Shown here one piece after another: positions 32,542 through 41,951 of a stretch of DNA of 64,000 bases; within the stretch, counting starts at the first letter, position 1; each line of letters begins with the position of its first letter. The position numbers were made by a program, and so were the translations under genes. The stretch comes from Candidatus Saccharimonadota bacterium. Lineage in GTDB: Bacteria; Patescibacteriota; Saccharimonadia; UBA4664. Location of the stretch: the NCBI GenBank assembly GCA_019352195.1, contig JACAFG010000003.1:64956-128955 (forward strand), written 5' to 3'. The notes under the pieces were generated by a model. It did no database searches and was not told where the DNA came from. It saw nothing but the letters and a program-made list of their open reading frames with translations.

Positions 32542-32759
32542 CGCTGAGAGAGATTATCAAAATCCTGCTTGTAGTCGTTCAAGATGCCACGAGCAGTAGC
32601 AATGACTTTCTGGTCATCACTGTTAGGAGAGTGGACAGGGCGGACGATTACTTCAACTTCGTCACCAATCGCAATATTCTGACGCTTTAGGTCTTTGGCA
32701 GGAATAGTGACGCCCCCGCTTGAACCGATTTTGATAATTTTTTGGATGCTTTGAATCAT
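32538..32759 (-). CDS. AbrB/MazE-type antitoxin
   Basis: KIIKIGSSGGVTIP; 4-nt overlap with doc; palindrome attataac-gtt-gttataat upstream. Confidence 0.85.
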   Translation of the reverse strand: MIQSIQKIIKIGSSGGVTIPAKDLKRQNIAIGDEVEVIVRPVHSPNSDDQKVIATARGILNDYKQDFDNLSQR

Positions 32760-32968
32760 AGAAATATTATAACGTTGTTATAATACTATGTCTAGACCTA
32801 TTTAGTGTGATCTGGATGAGACACATTCAATCAAAGACTATATAAGCCCTCCGTGGAGGTCTTATATTAGAATAATTGTTATTCAATTGTCTTAAATGAT
32901 GCTCTTGAACGACACCTGTTCAAACCCTTAGTTGCGTGGCTCGACCGAATAAGGATCTACTGGGTGAA

Positions 32969-33307
32969 TTAGCCGCTTACTAAACTTTCAATTAGTCCTT
33001 GCGTTTTAGATATGACATTATCGCTGGCCCTCTCCTCATACGCTGGTTTTCGAGCTCGCCAATCAACATTTTTGATCTGATCGGCAAGAACAGCTCCCTC
33101 CATTTTTTTGGACTTGACGCGGACTTCGAATGGATAGCCTTTGATCTTAGACGTTATCGGGCAGGCCAACATCATACCTGAGCGTTCGTTGTAATTTCGC
33201 GACGAAATCACCAGTGCAGGACGCGTGCCAGCCTGTTCGTGGCCAATCTGGGGGCTAAAATCAAACCACACAATGTCCCCGCGGGCGGGGACGTAGTCCG
33301 CTACCAT
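32969..33307 (-). CDS. mazF: MazF/PemK endoribonuclease toxin
   Basis: RGDIVWFDFSPQIGHEQAGTRPALVIS, CPITS. Confidence 0.95.
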   Translation of the reverse strand: MVADYVPARGDIVWFDFSPQIGHEQAGTRPALVISSRNYNERSGMMLACPITSKIKGYPFEVRVKSKKMEGAVLADQIKNVDWRARKPAYEERASDNVISKTQGLIESLVSG

Positions 33308-33549
33308 ATTTCATTCCCGACAGGAGCGCCCCAGTCCATTTCGCCGTGAATGTTTTCAGGGGTGATGCCCTTCACTAAGTCGTCCAATGATAACCTGGGC
33401 TGCTCGTCGCGTTTGATGGTAGCCGTCGTGCCGTCGCTGGTAATTTCGACCTGACAATCACTGGATAGGCCGAGATCCCGCGCTACACGTGAGGGAATAC
33501 GGATAGCCAGACTATTGCCCCACATTTTGACTTGGGTGGTAGTTTTCAT
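33301..33549 (-). CDS. mazE: MazE antitoxin
   Basis: WGNSLAIRIP...DWGAPVGNEIW; own TTGACA-17-TACAAT promoter overlapping a palindrome at ~33572-33600. Confidence 0.93.
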   Translation of the reverse strand: MKTTTQVKMWGNSLAIRIPSRVARDLGLSSDCQVEITSDGTTATIKRDEQPRLSLDDLVKGITPENIHGEMDWGAPVGNEIW

Positions 33550-33643
33550 TGTTCGGCCCCATTAATGCTTAAATTGTATATCTATGTATATACAATGTCA
33601 ATGCAAAAATGTGGAAAACGTAGTTGATTGGCAGAATATCGAA

Positions 33644-33681
33644 TATCAAAATAAGCGCTTGGTTAAGCGCTTATTTTGATA
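33644..33681. terminator. Terminator-like hairpin left of att-like site C
   Basis: Perfect 17-bp stem tatcaaaataagcgctt-ggtt-aagcgcttattttgata. Confidence 0.8.
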
Positions 33682-33698
33682 ATTTAATTTTCTAAATT

Positions 33699-33836
33699 GG
33701 TGCAGCTGAAGATAAAAGTTTTGAACCACATCTTACAGATATGGCTGACTGGTTTATAGATAATCCGGCGACTGATTGGCGGCAACGTTTAAGGGAGGCT
33801 GCCAAAGCGTCGCGTGATATTACATATTCCTACTAA
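33699..33836 (+). other. Displaced C-terminal 45 codons of the serine recombinase (attP half)
   Basis: aattggtgc core shared with 46642-46650; the same frame as integrase ...LSI|GA reads GAAEDKSFEPHLTDMADWF...YSY*. Confidence 0.7.
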
Positions 33837-33840
33837 ACCA

Positions 33841-34528
33841 CTGGGGCTGTGGTCGGATTTTCGAACCTTTGCAGCTCCTCTAGAACGTACAAGTCTAATG
33901 AGGGGAAGAGCCTTGTTAACCTAAGGTGCGTCAGGAAATATATCTTCACTATTGGGCGTAGTGGACGTACTTCGAACTTTTGACGTTGCAGTTTGGTTAA
34001 CTCTTGGTTCAAAATCTTTCAAAATCTGTAGGTATTCTAATTGAAGGGCATCCGGTATTTCTGCGAGCGGCGAAATGTTACCATTTTCAAGTATTATCTT
34101 GGTTATCTCGTCAAAATAAAATCCATCGAGAGTCGCAATAAATAAATATGATGGGTTCCACGAGGCATTCATCTTATTTGCCCGAGCTAGAACGTCGTTT
34201 GTATCTAGCCTCCAACGGTATTTAACCTCGATGAGTCGCACTTCTTTTGTATCTAGATTAATTACTGCAAAGTCGGGCGCAACACGGAGACTTTCAATAA
34301 TGGGGTTGTCATGGTTATAGTATTGACCTACCAATTGGGGGACTACCTTTTCGTACCCAAACTCAATTACAGTGTACCTACCGTTATGGCGAAACATTTG
34401 TGCGAATATTGTTTCAGCTATTCTGCCCTTAACGAGGTTCCTGGTGAAATCTATGTTTTCGCTCATAGCTAAAATTCTAACACGTAGCGTTCATGTTTGG
34501 CTGGGGCTGTGGTCGGATTTCCGACCTA
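33841..34528 (+). repeat. Direct repeat ctggggctgtggtcggattt (33841 and 34501) flanking a nuclease gene
   Basis: 20-bp exact match extending imperfectly (tcgaacct / ccgaccta). Confidence 0.85.
33921..34466 (-). CDS. PD-(D/E)XK nuclease-like protein
   Basis: GRIAE...APDFAVI...IEVKYR. Confidence 0.7.
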   Translation of the reverse strand: MSENIDFTRNLVKGRIAETIFAQMFRHNGRYTVIEFGYEKVVPQLVGQYYNHDNPIIESLRVAPDFAVINLDTKEVRLIEVKYRWRLDTNDVLARANKMNASWNPSYLFIATLDGFYFDEITKIILENGNISPLAEIPDALQLEYLQILKDFEPRVNQTATSKVRSTSTTPNSEDIFPDAP

Positions 34529-34572
34529 TTGAAGCTGTACCAGATTCTCCGTCGGCCAAGAGGGTGGCAACC

Positions 34573-34941
34573 TTATTGTCTCGCTAATTGTTGCTTATCG
34601 AGTTCGGTTTCAATAAATCCCCTATACGGCGGAATGTTGCAGGTTGTAATAATATTCTTTATTTGAAGCGTCGTGAACGGTCGTCCGCCTTGATATTTAT
34701 AGTTAATTAGCTCGATGGTCGGGAATGAAAATCGCGCATCAAGCTCCCGCCCCTCGTGCTGAATATGAAAGTGGCTTCCGTGGTCGTTCGAGTGAACAAC
34801 TATCTTGATTCCATTTCCGAATCTTTTTGAGGCTTCTTTGTTGATTACATTGCCAGTTGGCAGCTCGCGTGTCGTCTCAATCGCATTATTCAAGTGGTCT
34901 AGAAATAATGCCTCAATGTCGAGCTTTGATTGTTCGGGCAT
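34573..34941 (-). CDS. DUF4160-like small protein
   Basis: GGAGG RBS; HSNDHGSHFHI motif. Confidence 0.6.
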   Translation of the reverse strand: MPEQSKLDIEALFLDHLNNAIETTRELPTGNVINKEASKRFGNGIKIVVHSNDHGSHFHIQHEGRELDARFSFPTIELINYKYQGGRPFTTLQIKNIITTCNIPPYRGFIETELDKQQLARQ

Positions 34942-34955
34942 ATTGCCTCCAATTG

Positions 34956-35690
34956 TTACAAATCTAGCTCTGGCCACAGATGCTTAACGTCGCGCTTATA
35001 TTGGTCGATAGCTATTCTTGTTTTTTGCATTTGTGCAGATGCAGAGAGCTTAACAGATAGTAGCTCGCTTGTTGTGCTTACTTGCGCATAAGCCTTATGA
35101 AATAGAAGTTGTGCTTCTATCAAAATACCTAAAGTGCCAGCAGTCATCTGATGGTTGGGTTGATTAAAGATGTTTAGCGTAACGCCCGTGTCCGTGCTAC
35201 TGAAATTACCTCGTAAAAACCCTGCGCTCTGATGCGAACCATATTCATTCAGCCCATCTTTTAGCCGCTTAATTTCGTCGCTCAAGTCAGCATCATATTC
35301 ATTAAGAATCTTCACGGCCATTTCTTTTAGCTTTTCATCGTTTTTATTAGTTTTCCGGCTCTTGTCGTTAAATAACGCATACATGGGCGCTGGTGAGCAG
35401 AGGATGCTTAAGGATATAGTAAAATTCTCCACCGCAAATCGAAGCTGAGATAGTGCCTGTGCGTAGTGCTTCCTCATTACGGATGTAATAACCAAGTATC
35501 CAGCCTCATCAGCTTGAGCCTTGTAGGCTATGCTTAGTTGAGCCATAGCCTTTAGATTCTCGAAATAATTGGGAGTGAAGATGGATTGCCACGCTTCGAT
35601 AGACAAATCAAGTATTGGCTTTTCGTGCTTGTAACTTTCGGAAAGCAATCCATGCTCATTATCAATAAGTTGGCGAAAATCTTTATCCAT
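34956..35690 (-). CDS. Helical protein, HEPN-like
   Basis: LRFAVE and LNEYGSH motifs; start overlaps the upstream stop. Confidence 0.5.
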   Translation of the reverse strand: MDKDFRQLIDNEHGLLSESYKHEKPILDLSIEAWQSIFTPNYFENLKAMAQLSIAYKAQADEAGYLVITSVMRKHYAQALSQLRFAVENFTISLSILCSPAPMYALFNDKSRKTNKNDEKLKEMAVKILNEYDADLSDEIKRLKDGLNEYGSHQSAGFLRGNFSSTDTGVTLNIFNQPNHQMTAGTLGILIEAQLLFHKAYAQVSTTSELLSVKLSASAQMQKTRIAIDQYKRDVKHLWPELDL

Positions 35691-37140
35691 GTGACTGCTC
35701 TCCACTCCCAAGAAGCATTGGGGGGTGCAACTCAGGGTATATTGCGTAAACATCGTGCAGAATCCATTTCGTCAGCCTTGTCGCATCGAGTAATACATCA
35801 GCGTATGACCGCTCCCCCTCGACATTGGGTAGCAGGTGGAACCGATGCAAAGGGTTTGTGCAGACCATGAACACCTCTCTTCGAATCGCGCCCCATTGGC
35901 CGTGGGTGTAGTGTGACGGCCAGTCATAAAATGTATCGTAAATATCTTTCTCGTCGGCCTTTATCGCTCTATCGCGTAAGTTTGCGTCTTCCCAGTCCCC
36001 TAAGTTGATGCTATTAAATTCCATCCATCTGTCCTCATTGGCTTGCAGAAAAATATCGTCAATATCGACGAAAGTGAATTGTACGCCCGTATTCATCAGT
36101 TTTAGTAAAACTTTCTTTGCCTCGCCGGTTCCGTGGTTTCTGAATGATGCCCAGACTTCCTCTGGTGCGGAACGTAAATATGAGATATTGATGCTCACCT
36201 CAGTTAAGGTACGCAGCGCAAGACGGCCGAGAATGCCGGTGCGCGAGGCTTCATTATCGAGCAATTCATCCAGAATTTTAACCGCAAATAAGCCGGTTCC
36301 TACCGCAATATCAAGTTTTATGTCTTTCTTGTAGCTGCCAATGATATTACGTAGGAGAAACAGCTTTCGTCGTTCATGGCGGATGAAATCAGCCGTATCC
36401 TGAGTAGTGAAGCGTTCTTCATGAGGCGCTCCATAGTCATTTACAAAGCATTCTGTTGATTCAAAGCATCCCTCCCAAAAACTATCAGCCCAGTCGGAAT
36501 GTTGTACCCCCATATCGAACGCTATTTCCATAGAACGAATTGAGGGGCGGGTTTTACGCATATCCGCCACATCTGGATAGTCCAGAATGTCGTAGGGTGT
36601 TGAGCTGCGATGAATGAACGTTATTTTGTTGCTAATCATACCTATGTAGCACTTCGCCCATCGGCAGTCCGTTGCCTCTTGGGATTGATGGTCTAGTGTC
36701 TTGTGAATAGTTAGGCCAAGAGCCTCTCCGTCTGCCTGGTAATCGGGTTCTTCGTTAATGGCGGCTTTCCAGAGGTTATATTGAGGTAAATCTTCGAATA
36801 ATAATAACGGGCGTAGTGCGATGCGATGCTCGCGCGTAGAGCAAATGAAGTTGATTATACGTTCTGCCTTATCGTGCTCAATAGAGCCGAGATTTGTTAG
36901 CTCGATTGAGTTAATTCCCTGATACTCAAATTCATTGAGAATCGGTTTCAATACGTCCGTAAACGTTTGAAGCGCGTAAATGTTTCGTAGTAACGCCACC
37001 CATAAGACTTCGGGCAACGCCCTATCAAACCATGAGCGGTTGGTGAACGGGATTTCCGCGAATGAGCCAACAAGTTTATTTCGCTTCTTTTTTTGCTTGT
37101 TGAGCGGCGTAAAATTCAGATGCTTATAGCGGTCATTCAT
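35683..37140 (-). CDS. DUF5677/HEPN-like protein
   Basis: LRTLTEVSIN...YDWPSHYTHG. Confidence 0.6.
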   Translation of the reverse strand: MNDRYKHLNFTPLNKQKKKRNKLVGSFAEIPFTNRSWFDRALPEVLWVALLRNIYALQTFTDVLKPILNEFEYQGINSIELTNLGSIEHDKAERIINFICSTREHRIALRPLLLFEDLPQYNLWKAAINEEPDYQADGEALGLTIHKTLDHQSQEATDCRWAKCYIGMISNKITFIHRSSTPYDILDYPDVADMRKTRPSIRSMEIAFDMGVQHSDWADSFWEGCFESTECFVNDYGAPHEERFTTQDTADFIRHERRKLFLLRNIIGSYKKDIKLDIAVGTGLFAVKILDELLDNEASRTGILGRLALRTLTEVSINISYLRSAPEEVWASFRNHGTGEAKKVLLKLMNTGVQFTFVDIDDIFLQANEDRWMEFNSINLGDWEDANLRDRAIKADEKDIYDTFYDWPSHYTHGQWGAIRREVFMVCTNPLHRFHLLPNVEGERSYADVLLDATRLTKWILHDVYAIYPELHPPMLLGSGEQSHG

Positions 37141-37149
37141 TTGTACATT

Positions 37150-37404
37150 TTACCCCTTAATGCGATACGGTGAGGCATGGGATGATTTTAGTGATACCAG
37201 CTCTGCAATCGGCACTCGCAGCTTTTGGCAAAGTGCCAAAACCTCGCGCAGCGTAATCTCTGGGTTCTCTCCCCTTTCAATTGCGTATAGCTTCTCAACT
37301 GATATGAATAAGCGCCTGGCAAGCTCCGCAGGTTCCCATTTTTGCTCAATTCTGGCGCGTTTGACCCTGCGCCCCAAATCAACTATCTCTGGATAATATG
37401 CCAT
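37150..37404 (-). CDS. XRE-family HTH regulator
   Basis: LGRRVKRARIE...ELARRLFIS...IERG. Confidence 0.85.
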   Translation of the reverse strand: MAYYPEIVDLGRRVKRARIEQKWEPAELARRLFISVEKLYAIERGENPEITLREVLALCQKLRVPIAELVSLKSSHASPYRIKG

Positions 37405-37532
37405 TTCGGTTCCCCCTAATCCGCAGAGTATACCGAACATAGACCGCACGAGTAAATAGAGATTTCGAGCGGCGGATGTCCGCCCGTAGGTTTAAACGGG
37501 TATAATGTCTTGATAACGAATGACGAATGTAA

Positions 37533-38417
37533 ATGGCGACCAAGTTTAAGACATTGAAGCTGTACGGCGACGTACTGCTAGACCCTGAGGATAGCGCCTC
37601 TCTCGAAAAGCTGCTTGCCTGGGGTTTTGTGGCCGACGGTGATTCGCTGATTCTCCCTGACGACCTGGCGGGAGCTTATTTAAACGGCGCTGGAACCAAA
37701 TTGCCACTCAATCTCAAGCACTGGCCACAGCGGCAAAAGCGTGGCTTCGAGGATGAATCAGGGCAGCCACAGGACTTTATCTTGCTTACCTACCCAGAAT
37801 CAATTGGCATACTTGAGAACGGGCATGACCTCGAATACTCACCGCGATATTATTCACACTACCCGCTTGAGGCTAGCGATAGAGTCTATCAAGCCGTGGC
37901 CGATGCCAAAATCGACACCCTAAGCGAATGGATTAACTTCCCTTTCAAACTAGACTATGTGCTTGAAAGGCCGTCCGAAGAGCATTTTGTATATGAGGCT
38001 GGAATTGTTCAGCACTTCAAGAACCAGCAGCGCCAGCTTATTAAGGATTTAGCATTCTTAGCCTCTGATGATGGTGACTACGAAATGAAACGGGCGCTCG
38101 TTAATCAACGAAAAAATGCTATCCGTCATACAGACCCTGATAGTCACGTTACGGGGAGAGATGAGCGCGGTAGGCCAGACGAGGAAGAATTATACGTTGC
38201 TGATTGGCGAGGAGTGCTTTTCTACGAGCTTGATTTACTTATCGCGAAAGTGAGCCGTATATCTGTCTGTCAGACCTGTAGGGGGCGCATCGACTTAAAG
38301 CCAAATGAGTGGAGAACTCAGCACACAAAAGATGAAAGCCCATCGTGCTTTAAAGCTTATGATGCGCAAAAGGCGCGAACCTATCGCAAAAATAAATCCC
38401 GAAAAACCATCACCTAA
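37533..38417 (+). CDS. Hypothetical protein with a C-terminal Zn-ribbon-like/basic tail
   Basis: 294-aa ORF divergent from XRE; CQTC...H...C. Confidence 0.65.
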   Translation: MATKFKTLKLYGDVLLDPEDSASLEKLLAWGFVADGDSLILPDDLAGAYLNGAGTKLPLNLKHWPQRQKRGFEDESGQPQDFILLTYPESIGILENGHDLEYSPRYYSHYPLEASDRVYQAVADAKIDTLSEWINFPFKLDYVLERPSEEHFVYEAGIVQHFKNQQRQLIKDLAFLASDDGDYEMKRALVNQRKNAIRHTDPDSHVTGRDERGRPDEEELYVADWRGVLFYELDLLIAKVSRISVCQTCRGRIDLKPNEWRTQHTKDESPSCFKAYDAQKARTYRKNKSRKTIT

Positions 38418-38597
38418 ACCGTCACGAAAACCATAGCGTACCTCTAGAAAGCTACGATTATGGTATGGGTATTCAGTCAACCAAATTCGCTACTGGATTA
38501 ACGCCGCTTCGCAAACGGTGTACTTTTGTTTGCCCTCCTTAAGGCTAAAACAACCCACACATTTACCCCACTTCAACATAAACCATAGGAGAATGCC

Positions 38598-39791
38598 ATG
38601 CTAGATATGGTAAGAGTAACACTATTTAGATTTACTTTAAACGACCCAAGCTTATTCACGGATAAGCACGGGAACCACCCAGAGTATATTGATACGCTTA
38701 AATCTGACAGTACAAACTCCAAAGCACGTTTTGGTGTTTATCGGTTCTATAAACTGAATCCCAGCATGGTAAATACTGCCAACGGGTACACCCCACATAT
38801 AACAATACGAATCTGCTCGAACCGTAGGAACCCATATTGGCTAACCGTCCATTGGTCGCCGAATAAGGCTGTATATGGACACAACTACTATGAAGCCAGC
38901 TCAGGCCAATTTGAAGAAATGATTGCAGCAACTATCGAAATGCTCAAGGACTGCGGCATTACGGTTCATCCCATCGACTTGAAGACCTGTCAAAAGATTG
39001 GTCGCCTCGATTACGGCCGTAACGTTTTGCTCACTAATATGTCCGCCAACACATTCATTAGAAATCTAATCTATTTCGAAAAGAATACGCGCTATAAGAA
39101 AGATGGGGAAATTTACGAGAAAGAGTTGACCGGCTCGTATATAGCTTTCTTTAATAAATCTCAGTACCTCATCTTTTACAATAAACCGGCTGAAATACTT
39201 CGCGTTCTTGAGAAGCCCGAAAAGTCGGATACGTCGCACTATCGTTTCGCATTGCAGCTCCGCGAGCATATTCGTAGTCAGCCGCTAGAGGTCATTCGGG
39301 TTGAGCATCGCTTACTCAATCAGACAGCAATAAAACGCGAACTAGAGCCATTAGTAGGCCATGTGTATCCGTTTACGCTTAAAGAGGTCTTTAGTCGGGG
39401 TTTTAGTGAGGCGATATTGCGCAAGCATATTACTCAGGTGACGGGCAAAGGAAGCATCCAGACGTTCGCCTTAGGAGAACTCGATACTACTATTGCTCAA
39501 CAGATGCTAGAAGATGCCTGTAAAGAGATTGGCATGAGAAAGCTCAAGCAGGTATGGCGGGATTATGCCGCAACTTTCCGTATCTCAGGAGAAAAGGCTG
39601 CGTTAAGCTTGATTCTAGAAGCATTGCCCAAGACAACCGCCGAACGTGGCCTCAAACGGTGGGAGGCTTTAATGAATGTACTTACGCTTAATCATGCGCT
39701 GATTCGTGCGAACTCGGAGATTCTATTAGATATAAGCCTACCCTATTCGAGCCTAAAGCTACTGAAACCTATAGAGACTCCCGTGCATTAG
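38598..39791 (+). CDS. Rolling-circle replication initiator-like protein (Rep_trans / gene II-X type)
   Basis: AGGAG RBS; SPNKAVYGHN, RLDYGRN, FYNKPAE, RVEHRL. Confidence 0.65.
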   Translation: MLDMVRVTLFRFTLNDPSLFTDKHGNHPEYIDTLKSDSTNSKARFGVYRFYKLNPSMVNTANGYTPHITIRICSNRRNPYWLTVHWSPNKAVYGHNYYEASSGQFEEMIAATIEMLKDCGITVHPIDLKTCQKIGRLDYGRNVLLTNMSANTFIRNLIYFEKNTRYKKDGEIYEKELTGSYIAFFNKSQYLIFYNKPAEILRVLEKPEKSDTSHYRFALQLREHIRSQPLEVIRVEHRLLNQTAIKRELEPLVGHVYPFTLKEVFSRGFSEAILRKHITQVTGKGSIQTFALGELDTTIAQQMLEDACKEIGMRKLKQVWRDYAATFRISGEKAALSLILEALPKTTAERGLKRWEALMNVLTLNHALIRANSEILLDISLPYSSLKLLKPIETPVH

Positions 39792-39910
39792 AGCCTGAAA
39801 AAAACTACGGTTCGTCTAATGATTCAGGATTACGGCAAGGAGTCACAATATTATAAGCGTAAGCCCTTATCAACCCATTTAAATAACTATTTAACTGCAA
39901 ATAACACCAC

Positions 39911-39980
39911 TATAAACTGACCTATTTACATATAGACCACAATAAACTATCATAAACACACATAAACTCACTAAAACTAT
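39911..39980 (+). repeat. 10-bp-phased ATAAAC repeats
   Basis: ataaac at 39912, 39942, 39952 and 39962; variants at 39932 and 39972. Confidence 0.75.
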
Positions 39981-39989
39981 AAAGGTTTT

Positions 39990-40199
39990 GTGACGGGAGA
40001 AATGATAGTGAACCAGCAGTATTTAACAATCGAAGAAGTGGCAGAAATGCTGCGTGTTAAAAGCACTACGGTGACTGCCTGGTGTAGGGCAGGAAAGCTG
40101 ACGGCATTCAAGCAGCCTGGGGGGAAACGCTGGCTAGTCAACGCTAAAGAACTCAGTGCCATGCAAAAGCAGCAGACAAAGAGCCACGGCAATGCTTAA
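39990..40199 (+). CDS. Excisionase-like HTH_17 protein
   Basis: YLTIEEVAEMLRV...WCRAGKL...GGKRWLV. Confidence 0.85.
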   Translation: MTGEMIVNQQYLTIEEVAEMLRVKSTTVTAWCRAGKLTAFKQPGGKRWLVNAKELSAMQKQQTKSHGNA

Positions 40200-41058
40200 T
40201 GCGCACCTTGAAGCATTTCTATCTCACCTCGTGCAGGGTCGCGGTTTATCCGTTGCCACCCAAGCGGCCTATCGTTTCGAGTTAAGCAGATTCATTACGT
40301 TCGTAATGGATTCGGGAGTTGACGACCCCACGCTCGTAACATCAAACAGTATTGCGGATTACCTAGAGGGCATGACTGTAGCCCCTCCGACAAAGGCTCG
40401 TGCGAGAAGTGCAATAAAGTCGTTCTTTAGTTACCTTATCAAGCGCAAAGTGGTGGTGCTCGACCCCACGGTAAATCTCGACACTATCAAACTACCCATC
40501 AAGAGAAGCCCTTACCTTGTGAGGCGTGATTGGGAGCGCCTGTTAGCCGTGATTGAACAATCTGCCACCCCATACTTTCGCCAGCGCGACCTAACCTTGG
40601 TTCAGCTATTATTGATGACGGGGTTACGCCGTGGGGAAGTAGTGCGGCTCAAAGTGCAGGATATAGACCTCGACGAACTTATTATTCTCGTTACCCGCAA
40701 AGGTGGCTCAGAGGGCGTTGTGCCAATCCACCCTGAGCTTGCCAAGACACTCAGAGTGTATCTAGCGGGTACGATGGGCAAGCCGCATGAAGCACTGTTT
40801 ATGAGTAAACTTGGCAGCGCGTTATCGGCTGCTTCGGTCTGGCATATCGTTAAGCACTATGCAGGGCTAGCCGAATTGGATAGCAAATTAACTGTTCATA
40901 GCCTACGCCACAGCTTCGCGAGCCACCTGCTAGACCAAAACGTCGCACTCCCCCATATCCAAGGATTGCTCGGACACCGCAGCCCAGCCACGACAAGCAG
41001 GTACGTACACTTCAATAATCGTCAATTAGCGGCAGCTTTAACGAGCGTTAACTTCTAG
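40192..41058 (+). CDS. XerC/D-like tyrosine recombinase
   Basis: TGLRRGE, KG, HSLRHSFASH, LLGH, TSRY. Confidence 0.92.
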   Translation: MLNAHLEAFLSHLVQGRGLSVATQAAYRFELSRFITFVMDSGVDDPTLVTSNSIADYLEGMTVAPPTKARARSAIKSFFSYLIKRKVVVLDPTVNLDTIKLPIKRSPYLVRRDWERLLAVIEQSATPYFRQRDLTLVQLLLMTGLRRGEVVRLKVQDIDLDELIILVTRKGGSEGVVPIHPELAKTLRVYLAGTMGKPHEALFMSKLGSALSAASVWHIVKHYAGLAELDSKLTVHSLRHSFASHLLDQNVALPHIQGLLGHRSPATTSRYVHFNNRQLAAALTSVNF

Positions 41059-41328
41059 CTATAAATTGTTGAATAGCTCTTCGACCTTGATGCCCAGCGC
41101 CTTAGCTAGTCGGTACATCGTCGTAACAGTTGGCCTACGTAAGCCAGTTTCAATGTTTGCAATTGCTACGCGGTCAACACCTGCAGTATCGGCAAGCCGC
41201 TCTTGAGTTAAGCCTTTTTCGCGCCGCAAATCAGCTAGCCGCTTGGCTACGCTATTCAGAAAGGCTTTTTCATCTTGGTGTTCCATTGCCCAAGCATAGG
41301 AATAACCCAGATAGGTGGACATAATCAT
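41059..41328 (-). CDS. XRE-family HTH regulator (start uncertain)
   Basis: LRREKGLTQERLAD...IETG. Confidence 0.85.
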   Translation of the reverse strand: MIMSTYLGYSYAWAMEHQDEKAFLNSVAKRLADLRREKGLTQERLADTAGVDRVAIANIETGLRRPTVTTMYRLAKALGIKVEELFNNL

Positions 41329-41393
41329 TTGATTACAGAGCCATTATCGTGTTCTAATGTGTGTAATCAAATGATTAAGGAGTTTTAACACCC

Positions 41394-41906
41394 GTGAAGA
41401 AGTGTTCCTCATGCCAAACCGAAATAGATGACAAGGCTAAGAAATGCCCAAACTGTAAATCTGACCAGCGCAATTGGTTCATGAAGCACAAAATCATGTC
41501 GACAATTCTCGTTCTCATCGTAATTGGCGTTATTGCCAGCGCGGCTGGTGGTTCCAAGAAAGCCGCAACAAGTGGCACGGGCGGTACAGCACAGCCGCAG
41601 ACGGCAACAGTTGTTGACGTAAAAGCATTCGGTGACGAATTTGATGCTAACCAGGTCGCCGCTGAGAACAAGTACAAGAACAAGCTCGTACAGTTCACCG
41701 CTCCTATTTCGAACATCACAGATACGGGCCTTTCGTTTCAGAACGTAACCTCAAAAGAGTTTTCGACCACTCAAATTAGCTGCAACATCAGCGACAAGAA
41801 CTCGGTTCTTTCACTAAAGAACGGCGAGAGTGCAACCGTAAAAGGCACGGTGACAGGCCAAACCATTGGCGTTATCGAACTCAACGATTGCTCTATCGTT
41901 AAATAG
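41394..41906 (+). CDS. Zn-ribbon + TM + tRNA_anti-like OB-fold membrane protein
   Basis: CSSC..CPNC, TM, FDANQVAAENKYKNK. Confidence 0.75.
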   Translation: MKKCSSCQTEIDDKAKKCPNCKSDQRNWFMKHKIMSTILVLIVIGVIASAAGGSKKAATSGTGGTAQPQTATVVDVKAFGDEFDANQVAAENKYKNKLVQFTAPISNITDTGLSFQNVTSKEFSTTQISCNISDKNSVLSLKNGESATVKGTVTGQTIGVIELNDCSIVK

Positions 41907-41951
41907 CATAATCAACCAGCAGCATCGGACGTTTAGAAAGGGGATGAAATT

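Noticed and set aside
32057-34570. CRISPR array or classical integron attC array
   Set aside because: Spacing is 140-800 bp with genes in between; no cas or intI; no attC R/L box structure seen
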